A stretch of DNA of 44,468 nt, taken from Hormoscilla sp. (GTDB lineage Bacteria; Cyanobacteriota; Cyanobacteriia; Cyanobacteriales; Desertifilaceae). The translations under genes and the position numbers were made by a program. Where the stretch lies: assembly GCA_051439505.1 (NCBI GenBank), contig JBFRWI010000081.1:1-44468 (forward strand). The letters are read 5' to 3'. The notes under the pieces were generated by a model. It worked only from the letters and a program-made list of their open reading frames with translations, was not told the DNA's origin and made no database searches. Positions 20,033 to 28,784 of this stretch are shown here, in pieces (position 1 is the first letter of the stretch; each line of letters opens with the position of its first letter).

Positions 20033-21217
20033 TCAGCTAAAGATTTGGTTATCCACTAACACCTTATAATCCTCCCGCTGGCGAATCAAGCGATGATTGC
20101 TATTCTCTAGTAACACCTCCGCCGGCAGCGGGCGATGTAAAAAATGGGAGGACATGGCATAACCATAGGCTCCGACATCTAATATAGCAATGATATCGCC
20201 AATTTGCAAGGCTGGCAACTGGCAATTTTTGCCCAGATAATCCCGCGAATAGGTGGTATTGCCGCAAACATCGGTCCTGTAGGTTTCGCCGGTTTCTTGC
20301 CAGCAGACAATTTCCCGATATCCCCCATGCACCGCTGGTACGGAAATATTCGCTACTGTCGTATCGACTCCCAGAATTTGCTTGCTTTCCTGCCACTTTA
20401 CCGATATTATCTTTGCCAGTAAACTGCCGCAACCCGCGATCGCCGCCCGTCCGGGTTCGATAACCAACTTAATTTCCCGTCCCAGCTGTACCAACTGCTG
20501 AGTTAATTCCTGGCCAAACATTTCCCAGTCAAAGGCCGCCCCATCTCGATGGTAAGGATAGCCGAAACCGCCGCCAAAATCCAGATATTCCCAATCTGGC
20601 AATAGCTTGGCCGTGGCCATCACCTCATTAATGACTTGGGTAAAAGCTGTGGTAGCATTAGTCCCCGTCCCGCGATAAAAGTGCAAACCGCTGATTTGTA
20701 AACCTGCGGCATTGGCAATTTTCACGGCAGCGGGAAACTCAGCGGGACGTACTCCAATGCGACTCTCACCGGTTACTGCCGGTAAATTCAGCCGCAACCC
20801 CAATCTTGTCAGATTTGGAGATACATTTTGATTTTGATAGACATCACAAAACTGTTGCAGTTGGGAGATGCTATCAAGGTTGAAGGTAGCGACACCCCAT
20901 TCTAGCAATTGTGCCATTTCTGCGGGACGCAAATTACTACCACTATCAACTATTTTTTGGGGTGCAAATCCTGCTTTCAGTCCCAGATAAGCATCTCCTG
21001 GGGTATTCGCATGGAGTCCCCAACCCGCCTCCCGGAATATTTGCAGTAAACTGATATTACCATTGGTGACGCTAGCAAAGTGAAATTGCTTGTGCCGATA
21101 GGGAATTGACTGGGTAATCTGCTGGATAGTTTGGCGCAGAGTTTCCCCCTCATAGACATACAGCGGAGAACCGTAAGTCTCTAGTAATTCCGACGCTACT
21201 TGCAAGCTATATGGCAT
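20033..21217 (-). CDS. Diaminopimelate-decarboxylase-fold (fold type III PLP) protein with atypical active site
   Basis: YGSPLYVY, DFGGGFG, IEPGR and GAYG are present, but the YAxKAN position reads FASVTN. GAAGGAG RBS before MPYSL. Confidence 0.85.
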   Translation of the reverse strand: MPYSLQVASELLETYGSPLYVYEGETLRQTIQQITQSIPYRHKQFHFASVTNGNISLLQIFREAGWGLHANTPGDAYLGLKAGFAPQKIVDSGSNLRPAEMAQLLEWGVATFNLDSISQLQQFCDVYQNQNVSPNLTRLGLRLNLPAVTGESRIGVRPAEFPAAVKIANAAGLQISGLHFYRGTGTNATTAFTQVINEVMATAKLLPDWEYLDFGGGFGYPYHRDGAAFDWEMFGQELTQQLVQLGREIKLVIEPGRAAIAGCGSLLAKIISVKWQESKQILGVDTTVANISVPAVHGGYREIVCWQETGETYRTDVCGNTTYSRDYLGKNCQLPALQIGDIIAILDVGAYGYAMSSHFLHRPLPAEVLLENSNHRLIRQREDYKVLVDNQIFS

Positions 21218-21406
21218 TTTTTCTCCTTCTCTACACTTCTCTTCGCTGTTAGCCCGCCGGGGGTTCAAACCCCCGCGCGTTACCAGGCGGTCCCCAGGTA
21301 ACGAGGCTAATGTAAGCTGTGCATTTCAATGTAATTAATCTAGCCCGCGCAGGCGGGCTTTGTTCCTGTAGCCGGACCCTTTAGGGTTCGGGCGGTGGCT
21401 GCGAAC

Positions 21407-23110
21407 CTACATTGAGTAGCGTTCTAACATGCGCCACCACCAGGATGGTAACACAAAAGGACTGAATAAAGTTTTTTCTGTTGCTGCTTCTCCTAATACT
21501 TGTCTGCGCCAGACTTGCCACATCATTAGTAACCACAGGGTTTCCCCAATGCGGCGACCTCTAATTTGCCCGCCCAACTGTCCCCGAATTACTTTCATTG
21601 CTATGTCTGGAATGAACCTACCCCCCGATCGCACGTTTCCTGGGTTTAACCATTTTCCCACTTCCGGCCACAATTCATTTAAGCACCACAAGGTTAAGGG
21701 AACCCCCATTCCCCGCTTTTCTCGCCAAACAATTTCCACAGGTAACCATGATTCTACGGCCCGTTTCAGCAGATACTTTTCACAAGCACCCTGCAAGCAT
21801 AATTCCCCTGACAGTTGGAATGTCCATTCCGCTAGAGGCAGGTCGCAAAAGGGCGATCGCACCCTTAAATCCCAAGCCAAAGCCAAATTAGTTGCCCTGG
21901 GATGGATATTTTGAGCCCCTTTCAGCATTAAGGTAGCACGGCGGAGGCGATGTAGCAATGAATTGCAGTAATTTGCATCTAAAGCTGAGTCTAACCAAAT
22001 TTGGGGATTAATGTCCTTAACCTGTTGATAAACATCACCTTGCCAAACGCGGGCCTCATAACTATAGAGGCGATGAAAAGTGCGGAGATATTGCTGAGTA
22101 AAGTCCTCCCTACCTCCGGGATGCAACGCATTATATACACCGGCGGCAATCAAAGGTTTATTGGTCCATCCTGCAAACAGTTGATCTCCCCCTTCCCCAT
22201 TAAAAATGATGCCCACTTCTTGACTCGCCCTTTGACAAAGTAAATATAAAGGAATCGTCACCCCATCCCCAAAGGGTAAATCTAAAGCTGCTGCGGTAGC
22301 GGTAATATTCTTTTCGATCTCTTTGGCGGTTGCTGGCACTTTCACCAAGGGGATACTTAAATGGGACGCCACCTTTTCTGCATAGGGTAATTCCGACAAC
22401 TCCTCAATGCCAAAATCGAGACTGTAAGCGCGAACTTTGATGCCCCTTTGGACTAACAATGCTGCTACCGTAGCAGAATCTAATCCTCCCGAAAGAAATA
22501 CTCCCACTTCTGTACTCGATGATAAGTCGGCAATTTGCCGATCGACCGCCTGTTTCAGCAGAGTTTGCAACTGGGCGATCGCCTCTGCTTCCTCTTTAAT
22601 TAATACCGGTGCTTCTCGCCATTGATATTGGGAACGGGCAATGGGTAAACTTTCAATATCTGCGATTAATTCTACACCAGCGGGAACGGCAAAAATTCCT
22701 GACACCGGGGTTAGGGGCGTGGGAACATAGGAAAAACAACTGTATCCATACAAAGCGGGAATATTAACTTCAGCAGGAGAAGCTATTGGCAATAGCAACT
22801 GCAACCTGGAAGCAAACCAGATAATTTCTCCCTGCTTTGTCCAATATAACGGCACCCTACCAAAAGGTTCTCTGCCCAAAATCAGACAATTTCCTTCTAC
22901 TTTCACCCAGGCGTCATCACCTAAACCGCTAGCAGAAATTGCCGCAATAGTTCCAGACTCAGAAACCTTGCTACCACCACATATAATACCCCAAATGCAG
23001 CTATCTGTTTGATTACAAACCCGCATATTACCACAAGGGTCAACCTTTGTCAAGAGGTTTTCCAGTTCGGCCCGATCGCCCTTACCCCAATAGCCCACAA
23101 ACTCGTTCAT
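21407..23110 (-). CDS. AsnB-like ATP-dependent amide ligase, paralog 2
   Basis: GREPFGRVPLYW, FLSGGLDS, NGEGGDQLFAG, RSPFCD, EKYLLK, REKRG. No N-terminal Cys. Confidence 0.88.
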   Translation of the reverse strand: MNEFVGYWGKGDRAELENLLTKVDPCGNMRVCNQTDSCIWGIICGGSKVSESGTIAAISASGLGDDAWVKVEGNCLILGREPFGRVPLYWTKQGEIIWFASRLQLLLPIASPAEVNIPALYGYSCFSYVPTPLTPVSGIFAVPAGVELIADIESLPIARSQYQWREAPVLIKEEAEAIAQLQTLLKQAVDRQIADLSSSTEVGVFLSGGLDSATVAALLVQRGIKVRAYSLDFGIEELSELPYAEKVASHLSIPLVKVPATAKEIEKNITATAAALDLPFGDGVTIPLYLLCQRASQEVGIIFNGEGGDQLFAGWTNKPLIAAGVYNALHPGGREDFTQQYLRTFHRLYSYEARVWQGDVYQQVKDINPQIWLDSALDANYCNSLLHRLRRATLMLKGAQNIHPRATNLALAWDLRVRSPFCDLPLAEWTFQLSGELCLQGACEKYLLKRAVESWLPVEIVWREKRGMGVPLTLWCLNELWPEVGKWLNPGNVRSGGRFIPDIAMKVIRGQLGGQIRGRRIGETLWLLMMWQVWRRQVLGEAATEKTLFSPFVLPSWWWRMLERYSM

Positions 23111-23117
23111 CGTTCTA

Positions 23118-23741
23118 TCACTTGACAATAAAAGTGGCATTGTTGAGCAGGCGATCGCCCAAAAACATCCGCACTTGCCACCTGCCTGTTATCATAGCAT
23201 TATTCAAGGGATAGCGGCAATAGGTCTGCCAAACTTCCCGATCGATCCTTTGAGTTTGCCAGCGGTTTTGACGTGTCAAGGTTCCATTGGGATCGATCCA
23301 ATCACAGCGCAGAGAGAGTTTTTTACCCACTGGCGCATTTTGCAAGGTTACTTTATAATAGACTGTTTCACCCGATCGCCGATCGACCTCTTTGAGATTA
23401 CCAGGATCGGACTTGCCCAGGGCAATGCTGTCTTGATAAACTTGCACTTGACTAAGTAAACTTTGCTGTTGTAGATTAAATAGGGCAGTGGAGGCGATCG
23501 CCCCTACCGCCACCACTGCCACGCCACCGAAGATCCAGCGCTGACGCCGCCGCTGCACTTCCAAAGCTTCTCCGCGCCGCAACTGGACTAAAGCTTCATC
23601 CAGTAGATCGGTCGGCAAATTCAACTCTTGTAAAATCTCTTCAACCTGTTGGCGGTCCAGTTCCCCTTGACGGCGATCGGATAGCCGTTCCACTTCCGCC
23701 ACCACCTGAGTCAACTGTTTTTGTGTTAGTCTAGTATTCAT
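23118..23741 (-). CDS. Single-TM protein with a beta-rich C-terminal domain (DUF3859-like)
   Basis: Helical N-terminus, one TM helix, C-terminal CDWIDPNG...GRWQV; first gene of the minus-strand run. Confidence 0.7.
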   Translation of the reverse strand: MNTRLTQKQLTQVVAEVERLSDRRQGELDRQQVEEILQELNLPTDLLDEALVQLRRGEALEVQRRRQRWIFGGVAVVAVGAIASTALFNLQQQSLLSQVQVYQDSIALGKSDPGNLKEVDRRSGETVYYKVTLQNAPVGKKLSLRCDWIDPNGTLTRQNRWQTQRIDREVWQTYCRYPLNNAMITGRWQVRMFLGDRLLNNATFIVK

Positions 23742-23775
23742 CACAGATGCTATCGACTTTATCTCATTATAGCTG

Positions 23776-24486
23776 ATGAAGACTATTTTACTTACAGGGG
23801 CGGCGGGAAACATTGGCAGATCCTTGCGCCAGCTAATGGGCGATCGCTATCATTTTCGCTGCCTGGACATCAGGCCCGACAGCGATGATATGTTAATGGT
23901 AGACATTACCGACTTCCAGGCAGTCCGAGAAGTAATGTCAGGAGTGGATGCCGTAATTCATCTGGCCGCGAACCCCAGCCTGGAACAACCCTGGGAAGAT
24001 GTTTACAGGAGTAGTATTGCTGGCACCTATAACGTATTTGAAGCCGCACGGCAAGCAGGAGTCACTAAAATAATCTATGCTAGCACTAACCATGTTTCCG
24101 GTTGGCGGGAAATAGAACAACAAAAACATATTACACCGGAAATGCCAGTACGTCCTGATTCCCTTTATGCCGTTGGCAAAGCCTGCGGAGAAGCATTAGG
24201 AAGCTTCTTTGCAGACAAATACAAGATATCAGTTATTTGTCTGCGCATCGGTGGTTTCCTTCAGGTGCCAAAACCCCAAACTACCGACGATCGCATTTTG
24301 CGAATTTGGTGCAGTCCCCGGGATCTAGCACAGTTAGTGCAGCTATCTCTCGATACCGATGGCCTTGGCTTTCAAATTTTCTATGGCATCTCCGGAAACA
24401 GCCGTCGTTTCTTGGATATCAGCAATGCCGAAAAACTTCTGGGATATCAACCCCGGGACGATGCCGAAAGGTACTTGAGGTATTGA
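23776..24486 (+). CDS. NAD-dependent epimerase/dehydratase (uronate-dehydrogenase-like SDR)
   Basis: TGAAGNIG, IHLAA, YASTNH, YAVGK (YxxxK), LRIG. Confidence 0.88.
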   Translation: MKTILLTGAAGNIGRSLRQLMGDRYHFRCLDIRPDSDDMLMVDITDFQAVREVMSGVDAVIHLAANPSLEQPWEDVYRSSIAGTYNVFEAARQAGVTKIIYASTNHVSGWREIEQQKHITPEMPVRPDSLYAVGKACGEALGSFFADKYKISVICLRIGGFLQVPKPQTTDDRILRIWCSPRDLAQLVQLSLDTDGLGFQIFYGISGNSRRFLDISNAEKLLGYQPRDDAERYLRY

Positions 24487-24494
24487 GACACTGC

Positions 24495-24755
24495 GAACGG
24501 TCAGGAATTGCGTTTTTTTAACCAGGAAAAATTTGTCATTGCGAGGGGGGATACGAAGCGATTAATTTATGCTTTATGAGTCGCGCAGCGTTGGCTTCGC
24601 ACGAAGCAATCCCCCCCCCCCGAAGCAATCTCCAGCAGCGTCGGGTAGGAGATTGCTTCGGGGGGACTCGCCGTGTAAGTATTAATAATATCACGAAAAA
24701 CCCCCCTCGCAATGACACATGAAATAGCCGCAAAAAGCGCAAGTAGATCCCGTTC
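24495..24755. mobile_element. Palindromic core TGTCATTGCGAG...CTCGCAATGACA within an imperfect inverted-repeat shell
   Basis: Core at about 24534-24717; ends GAACGG..TTGCG.TTTTT and AAAAAGCGCAA..CCGTTC; no TSD seen. Confidence 0.55.
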
Positions 24756-24759
24756 CGGG

Positions 24760-24939
24760 TATAACCATGCTGGAATTGTCGTATGTAAGGACGATCACGA
24801 TTATGTAGATCGAGTTCGAGTCCTTCATGCTTACTTGCTGGAACAAAAATTATTAGAGAATCGTTTAATTCGGATTCAAAAACAAAATAAAACCAAATCT
24901 AGCTCGCCAGTTTTGATTGTTCGAGAATATCAACGGTAA
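24760..24939 (+). pseudogene. C-terminal remnant of a DUF5615 PIN-like protein
   Basis: NHAGIVVCKDDHDY...LENRLIRIQKQN resembles cyanobacterial DUF5615 C-termini; the 5' part is replaced by the repeat element. Confidence 0.5.
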
Positions 24940-24984
24940 ACTATCTTAAAAATAAGCGATCGGGCCCGGTCGTCGAGGCGATCG

Positions 24985-25467
24985 CTATCTAAGGTACTTG
25001 ACGTAAAGGCGATCGCCGCTTTGATCTTTTCCCTCTGTTGCGAGTTTATAACCGTTACTCTCATATAATTTTATCGCTGCTGTCAGCACGCTGCAAGTCT
25101 GAATCCAGATTTCCTGGAAATGGCGGGAGGCGATCGCCCTTTCCAGTTCTTTGATTAAAAATGTCCCCAACCCCTGTCCCCTAACATCTGGCAACAGATA
25201 CATCTTTCTAATTTCTACAGCATTTTCACCACGGGATGTTGGATAGTATGCCGCCGTACCCACCAACTGATGAACGTATTCTACTATCCAGAACTCTCCC
25301 CCTGCTTGCCAATAATATTTTTCTACCTCGATCGCATCCATATCCGCCCCTTCTGGTTCCCATTGCAAACCATACTCCTCCAACACCGAACTAATGACTG
25401 CTATGACCGACGCGCGATCGGCCTCATGCCAATCTCGAATCAGAAAATCTTTATATTTACTCTTCAT
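24985..25467 (-). CDS. GNAT N-acetyltransferase, copy A
   Basis: VGTAAY, EIRKMYLLP..RGQGLG, AIKLYESNGY; GGAGG RBS. Confidence 0.92.
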   Translation of the reverse strand: MKSKYKDFLIRDWHEADRASVIAVISSVLEEYGLQWEPEGADMDAIEVEKYYWQAGGEFWIVEYVHQLVGTAAYYPTSRGENAVEIRKMYLLPDVRGQGLGTFLIKELERAIASRHFQEIWIQTCSVLTAAIKLYESNGYKLATEGKDQSGDRLYVKYLR

Positions 25468-25569
25468 CGCCAAAATAGTGACCTCCAAATTATTTCCCAT
25501 TCACCATTCTCACTTTTCCCTTCACAATTTTATATGGCATCTTCCTTATGCCGAAAAATTTCTGGGATA

Positions 25570-26067
25570 TCAACCCCGGGACGACGCCGAAAGGTACTTG
25601 ACGTAAAGGCGATCGCCTCTTGTAACTTTTCCCTCTGTTGCGAATTGATAACCATTACTCTCATATAATTTTATCGCTGCTGTCAGCAGGCTGGACGTTT
25701 TAATCCAGATTTCCTGGAAATAGCGGTCGTCGATCGCCCTTTCCAGTTCTTTGATTAAAAATGTCCCCAACCCCTGTCTCCTAACAGATGGCAACAGATA
25801 TATCTTGCGAATTTCTACAGCATTTTCACCACGGGATGTCGGATGATACCCTGCCGTACCCACCAACTGATCGAAGTATTCTACTACCCAGAATTCTCCC
25901 CCCGTTTGCAGATAATATTTTTCTACTTCCACCACATTCCGATCGGCCCCTTCTGGTTCCCATTGCCCGCCATACTCCGCCACCACCGAACTAAATATCC
26001 CTGCGGCAGCAGCGCGATCGGCCTCCTGCCAATCGCGAATCAGAAAATCTCCATATCTACTCTTCAT
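25570..26067 (-). CDS. GNAT N-acetyltransferase, copy B
   Basis: Close paralog of copy A; its C-terminal tail derives from the antisense of a duplicated epimerase end. Confidence 0.9.
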   Translation of the reverse strand: MKSRYGDFLIRDWQEADRAAAAGIFSSVVAEYGGQWEPEGADRNVVEVEKYYLQTGGEFWVVEYFDQLVGTAGYHPTSRGENAVEIRKIYLLPSVRRQGLGTFLIKELERAIDDRYFQEIWIKTSSLLTAAIKLYESNGYQFATEGKVTRGDRLYVKYLSASSRG

Positions 26068-26182
26068 CTTAGCGCCTCCTTGGTATCATGTGCGATCGCG
26101 CTACCTCTGTTGGGTTTGCGGGCCTCAACCCACCCTACGGATAATTTGCCATTCTCAATTGGTCAATTTTCCATTTACTATT

Positions 26183-26782
26183 TTAGCTATGAACTCGCGG
26201 TTCTGGATGTAAGGTAGCAAGCAACTGACTTTCCACGATCGCCAGTTCTGACAGTCGCGCCAGCGCCCGATCGCGATCGAAGTAAGTAGTGGCCAGGGTC
26301 CAGTAAATACCATAGTGACGGGCTTCCGAAGCCATCAAATTGTGATATAATTGAGCCAACTCCAGATCGGACAGGTGAATGGATAGCAAACCAAAGCGCT
26401 CGTGGGAGCGAGCTTCAATTAAACTAGAGACTAGCAAGGAATCTAACATCCGTTCCGGTTCCCGGCGGCGAACTTGGGATTTTAACCCCGCACCGTAGGG
26501 AGGTGCCTTCATGGGGGCCAGAGGGATGCCGCGACGTTCTAAAATCTCATTGACCAGTTCAAAATGTTCCAGTTCCTCACGGGCGATCGCCGTCAGCTTC
26601 CGCACCAGTTCCGTACTGCCAGGATAGCGAAACATCAAGCTTAAAGCAACTTGAGCAGCTTTGCGTTCGCAGTGGGAATGATCCAGTAAAATAATATCCA
26701 TGTTAGTCAGGGCCTGGTATACCCACTCCCGAGAAGTCGGCGAGACCAGAAATTTAATCTTTGGTATTGTTGTCCCAGTCAT
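26183..26782 (-). CDS. miaE: tRNA-(ms2io6A)-hydroxylase (MiaE family, ferritin-like di-iron)
   Basis: DHSHCERKAA, REELEHF, LIEARSHERF, SEARH. Confidence 0.92.
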   Translation of the reverse strand: MTGTTIPKIKFLVSPTSREWVYQALTNMDIILLDHSHCERKAAQVALSLMFRYPGSTELVRKLTAIAREELEHFELVNEILERRGIPLAPMKAPPYGAGLKSQVRRREPERMLDSLLVSSLIEARSHERFGLLSIHLSDLELAQLYHNLMASEARHYGIYWTLATTYFDRDRALARLSELAIVESQLLATLHPEPRVHS

Positions 26783-26792
26783 AAGAGAGCAG

Positions 26793-27581
26793 ATGAAGAT
26801 AGCTACTTGGAATGTTAACTCAATTCGCACCCGCCTAGCACAGGTAATCAATTGGTTGGGTGAAAATCCCGTAGACGTGCTATGCTTGCAAGAAACAAAG
26901 GTCGTAGACGCCGACTTTCCCCGATCGGCCCTAGAAGAACTAGGATATCACGTCTACATCTCGGGCCAAAAATCCTACAACGGCGTCGCCCTGATCTCTC
27001 GCCAACCCATGTCAGATGTGAGCGTCGGGTTTGCGCCGGTGCTGGGGCCAGAAAAAGTCGGAGAGTTTGATGAGCAAAAGCGATTAATTACAGGCATAAT
27101 AGATGAAAGTCGCATCATCAGCGTCTACGTTCCCAATGGGGCCACCGCTTTCAGCGATAAATACTATTATAAACTCAGTTGGCTGAAACTCCTACATGAA
27201 TACCTGCAAAACCTGCTTGACAAACATGAGCAAGTATGTATAGGAGGTGACTTCAATATTGTGCCAGATTCCAGAGATATACATAAGAAAGTCTTACCAT
27301 CAGAAGAACTCACGGGCACGACAGAACCAGAGCGGCAAGCATTGCAAGAGATTGTAAAATTAGGCTTAGGGGACGCATTTAGAAAATTCACATCATCAGG
27401 AGGACATTACAGCTGGTGGGACTATCGTACTCAGGCATTTAAGAGAGATCGGGGATGGCGGATCGATCATTTCTATCTTTCGCCCGCCCTTTACCAACAA
27501 GCAACTAGCTGCACGATCGATGTCACCCCCAGGAAGCTACCCAAACCCAGCGACCACGCCCCCGTAATTGTGGAATTTTAA
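26793..27581 (+). CDS. xth: Exodeoxyribonuclease III
   Basis: MKIATWNVNSIR, LCLQETK, YNGVA, GDFNI, WWDYR, GWRIDH, SDHAPV. Confidence 0.96.
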   Translation: MKIATWNVNSIRTRLAQVINWLGENPVDVLCLQETKVVDADFPRSALEELGYHVYISGQKSYNGVALISRQPMSDVSVGFAPVLGPEKVGEFDEQKRLITGIIDESRIISVYVPNGATAFSDKYYYKLSWLKLLHEYLQNLLDKHEQVCIGGDFNIVPDSRDIHKKVLPSEELTGTTEPERQALQEIVKLGLGDAFRKFTSSGGHYSWWDYRTQAFKRDRGWRIDHFYLSPALYQQATSCTIDVTPRKLPKPSDHAPVIVEF

Positions 27582-27627
27582 GATTTTCCATTCTCAATTG
27601 AAAATTAGCAATTAGCAACTAACCACT

Positions 27628-28503
27628 ATGTATCTAGTAACCGGAGCAACAGGAAAATTAGGACGGCGGATCGTGCGAGAACTGCGCGATCGCGGCGAGT
27701 CAGTCAGGGCCTTTGCGCGCCTGAGTTCTGATTATCGGGAATTAGAGGACCGAGGGGCAGAAATTTTTATCGGTGACCTCTCGCAAGATAGGGATATCGA
27801 GAAAGCATGTCAAGGAGTTCGCTACATCATCAGCACCCACGGAACGGGGGGCGACACCCAAGCAATTCATTATCGAGCAAACAGAGAACTGATCGACCAG
27901 GCCAAAAAAGTAGGTATCAGACATTTTGTATTCATCTCCGTCCTAGGAGTCGATCGGGGATACGAAGATTCCTTAGTATTTCGGGCCAAGCGGGAAGTAG
28001 AAAAGCACCTGCAAGCAAGTAGTCTGAACTATACCATCCTGCGTCCCGCTGGATTTGCTGGAGATCTGTTACCCTTAGCAGAAAGATTCCAGCAGACAGG
28101 AATTTACCTGCTGATCGGCGACGCCAAAAGTCGCACCTCGATCGTCAGCACGGACGACTTAGCCAGAATTGCCATAGATGCGGTTAATCTGGAAGGAGCG
28201 CGCAATCAAATTTTCGCTGTAGGCGGACCAGATGTTTTACAGCGAGAGGACATTCCCCACATCTTTGGTCGCCTGTTTAATCGGGAACCCCTCATCATTA
28301 ACCCGCCCCTGTTAGCATTTGACGGGTTGCGGAATGCCCTGGGTTTGTTTAATCCGGAATTACAAAAGAGTTTGGGAACCCTGCGGGTGTTGCTAGCAAA
28401 TGAATTTTTCTGCACCCCTGCCGAATTTCAGCATCTGGAATCTGTTTTTCAGATCTCAATGGAATCTCTGGAGAGTTTCCTGCGGCGTTATCTGCCAACT
28501 TAA
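27628..28503 (+). CDS. NmrA/SDR-family NAD(P)-binding protein
   Basis: VTGATGKLG, FISVLG, YTILRP. Confidence 0.88.
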   Translation: MYLVTGATGKLGRRIVRELRDRGESVRAFARLSSDYRELEDRGAEIFIGDLSQDRDIEKACQGVRYIISTHGTGGDTQAIHYRANRELIDQAKKVGIRHFVFISVLGVDRGYEDSLVFRAKREVEKHLQASSLNYTILRPAGFAGDLLPLAERFQQTGIYLLIGDAKSRTSIVSTDDLARIAIDAVNLEGARNQIFAVGGPDVLQREDIPHIFGRLFNREPLIINPPLLAFDGLRNALGLFNPELQKSLGTLRVLLANEFFCTPAEFQHLESVFQISMESLESFLRRYLPT

Positions 28504-28551
28504 TTGTCGGGTGGGCATCGCCCACCATGTCCGCTCGTAACTGACAACCGA

Positions 28552-28705
28552 GGGTGTGGTCAAAAACAGTTGATCGTTCGGGCGGCCCGGACAAGTCGCC
28601 GGATCCCCCCAAACCCCCCGAAGATGCGGGGGGCTTGCCTTCGCCCCCCCTTTTGGAAGGGGGGGTTTGGGGGGGATCGGGCTACAACTACTTTTGACCA
28701 CACCC
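28552..28705. mobile_element. MITE family B (154 bp)
   Basis: TIR GGGTGTGGTCAAAA; 9-bp TSD GACAACCGA (28543-28551 and 28706-28714); internal C/G-run hairpin. Confidence 0.9.
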
Positions 28706-28784
28706 GACAACCGACCGACAGGGGATCCGCCCGTCCGGAGCAACTGACATGGTATCTGCGCAGTCCTATATGTTCCCATCCTTC

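Noticed and set aside
20033..21217. Assigning the symbol lysA
   Set aside because: The PLP Lys and catalytic Cys motifs are missing.
13419..23110. Lasso peptide gene cluster
   Set aside because: AsnB-like genes are present, but no B1/RRE, B2 protease or precursor peptide was found.
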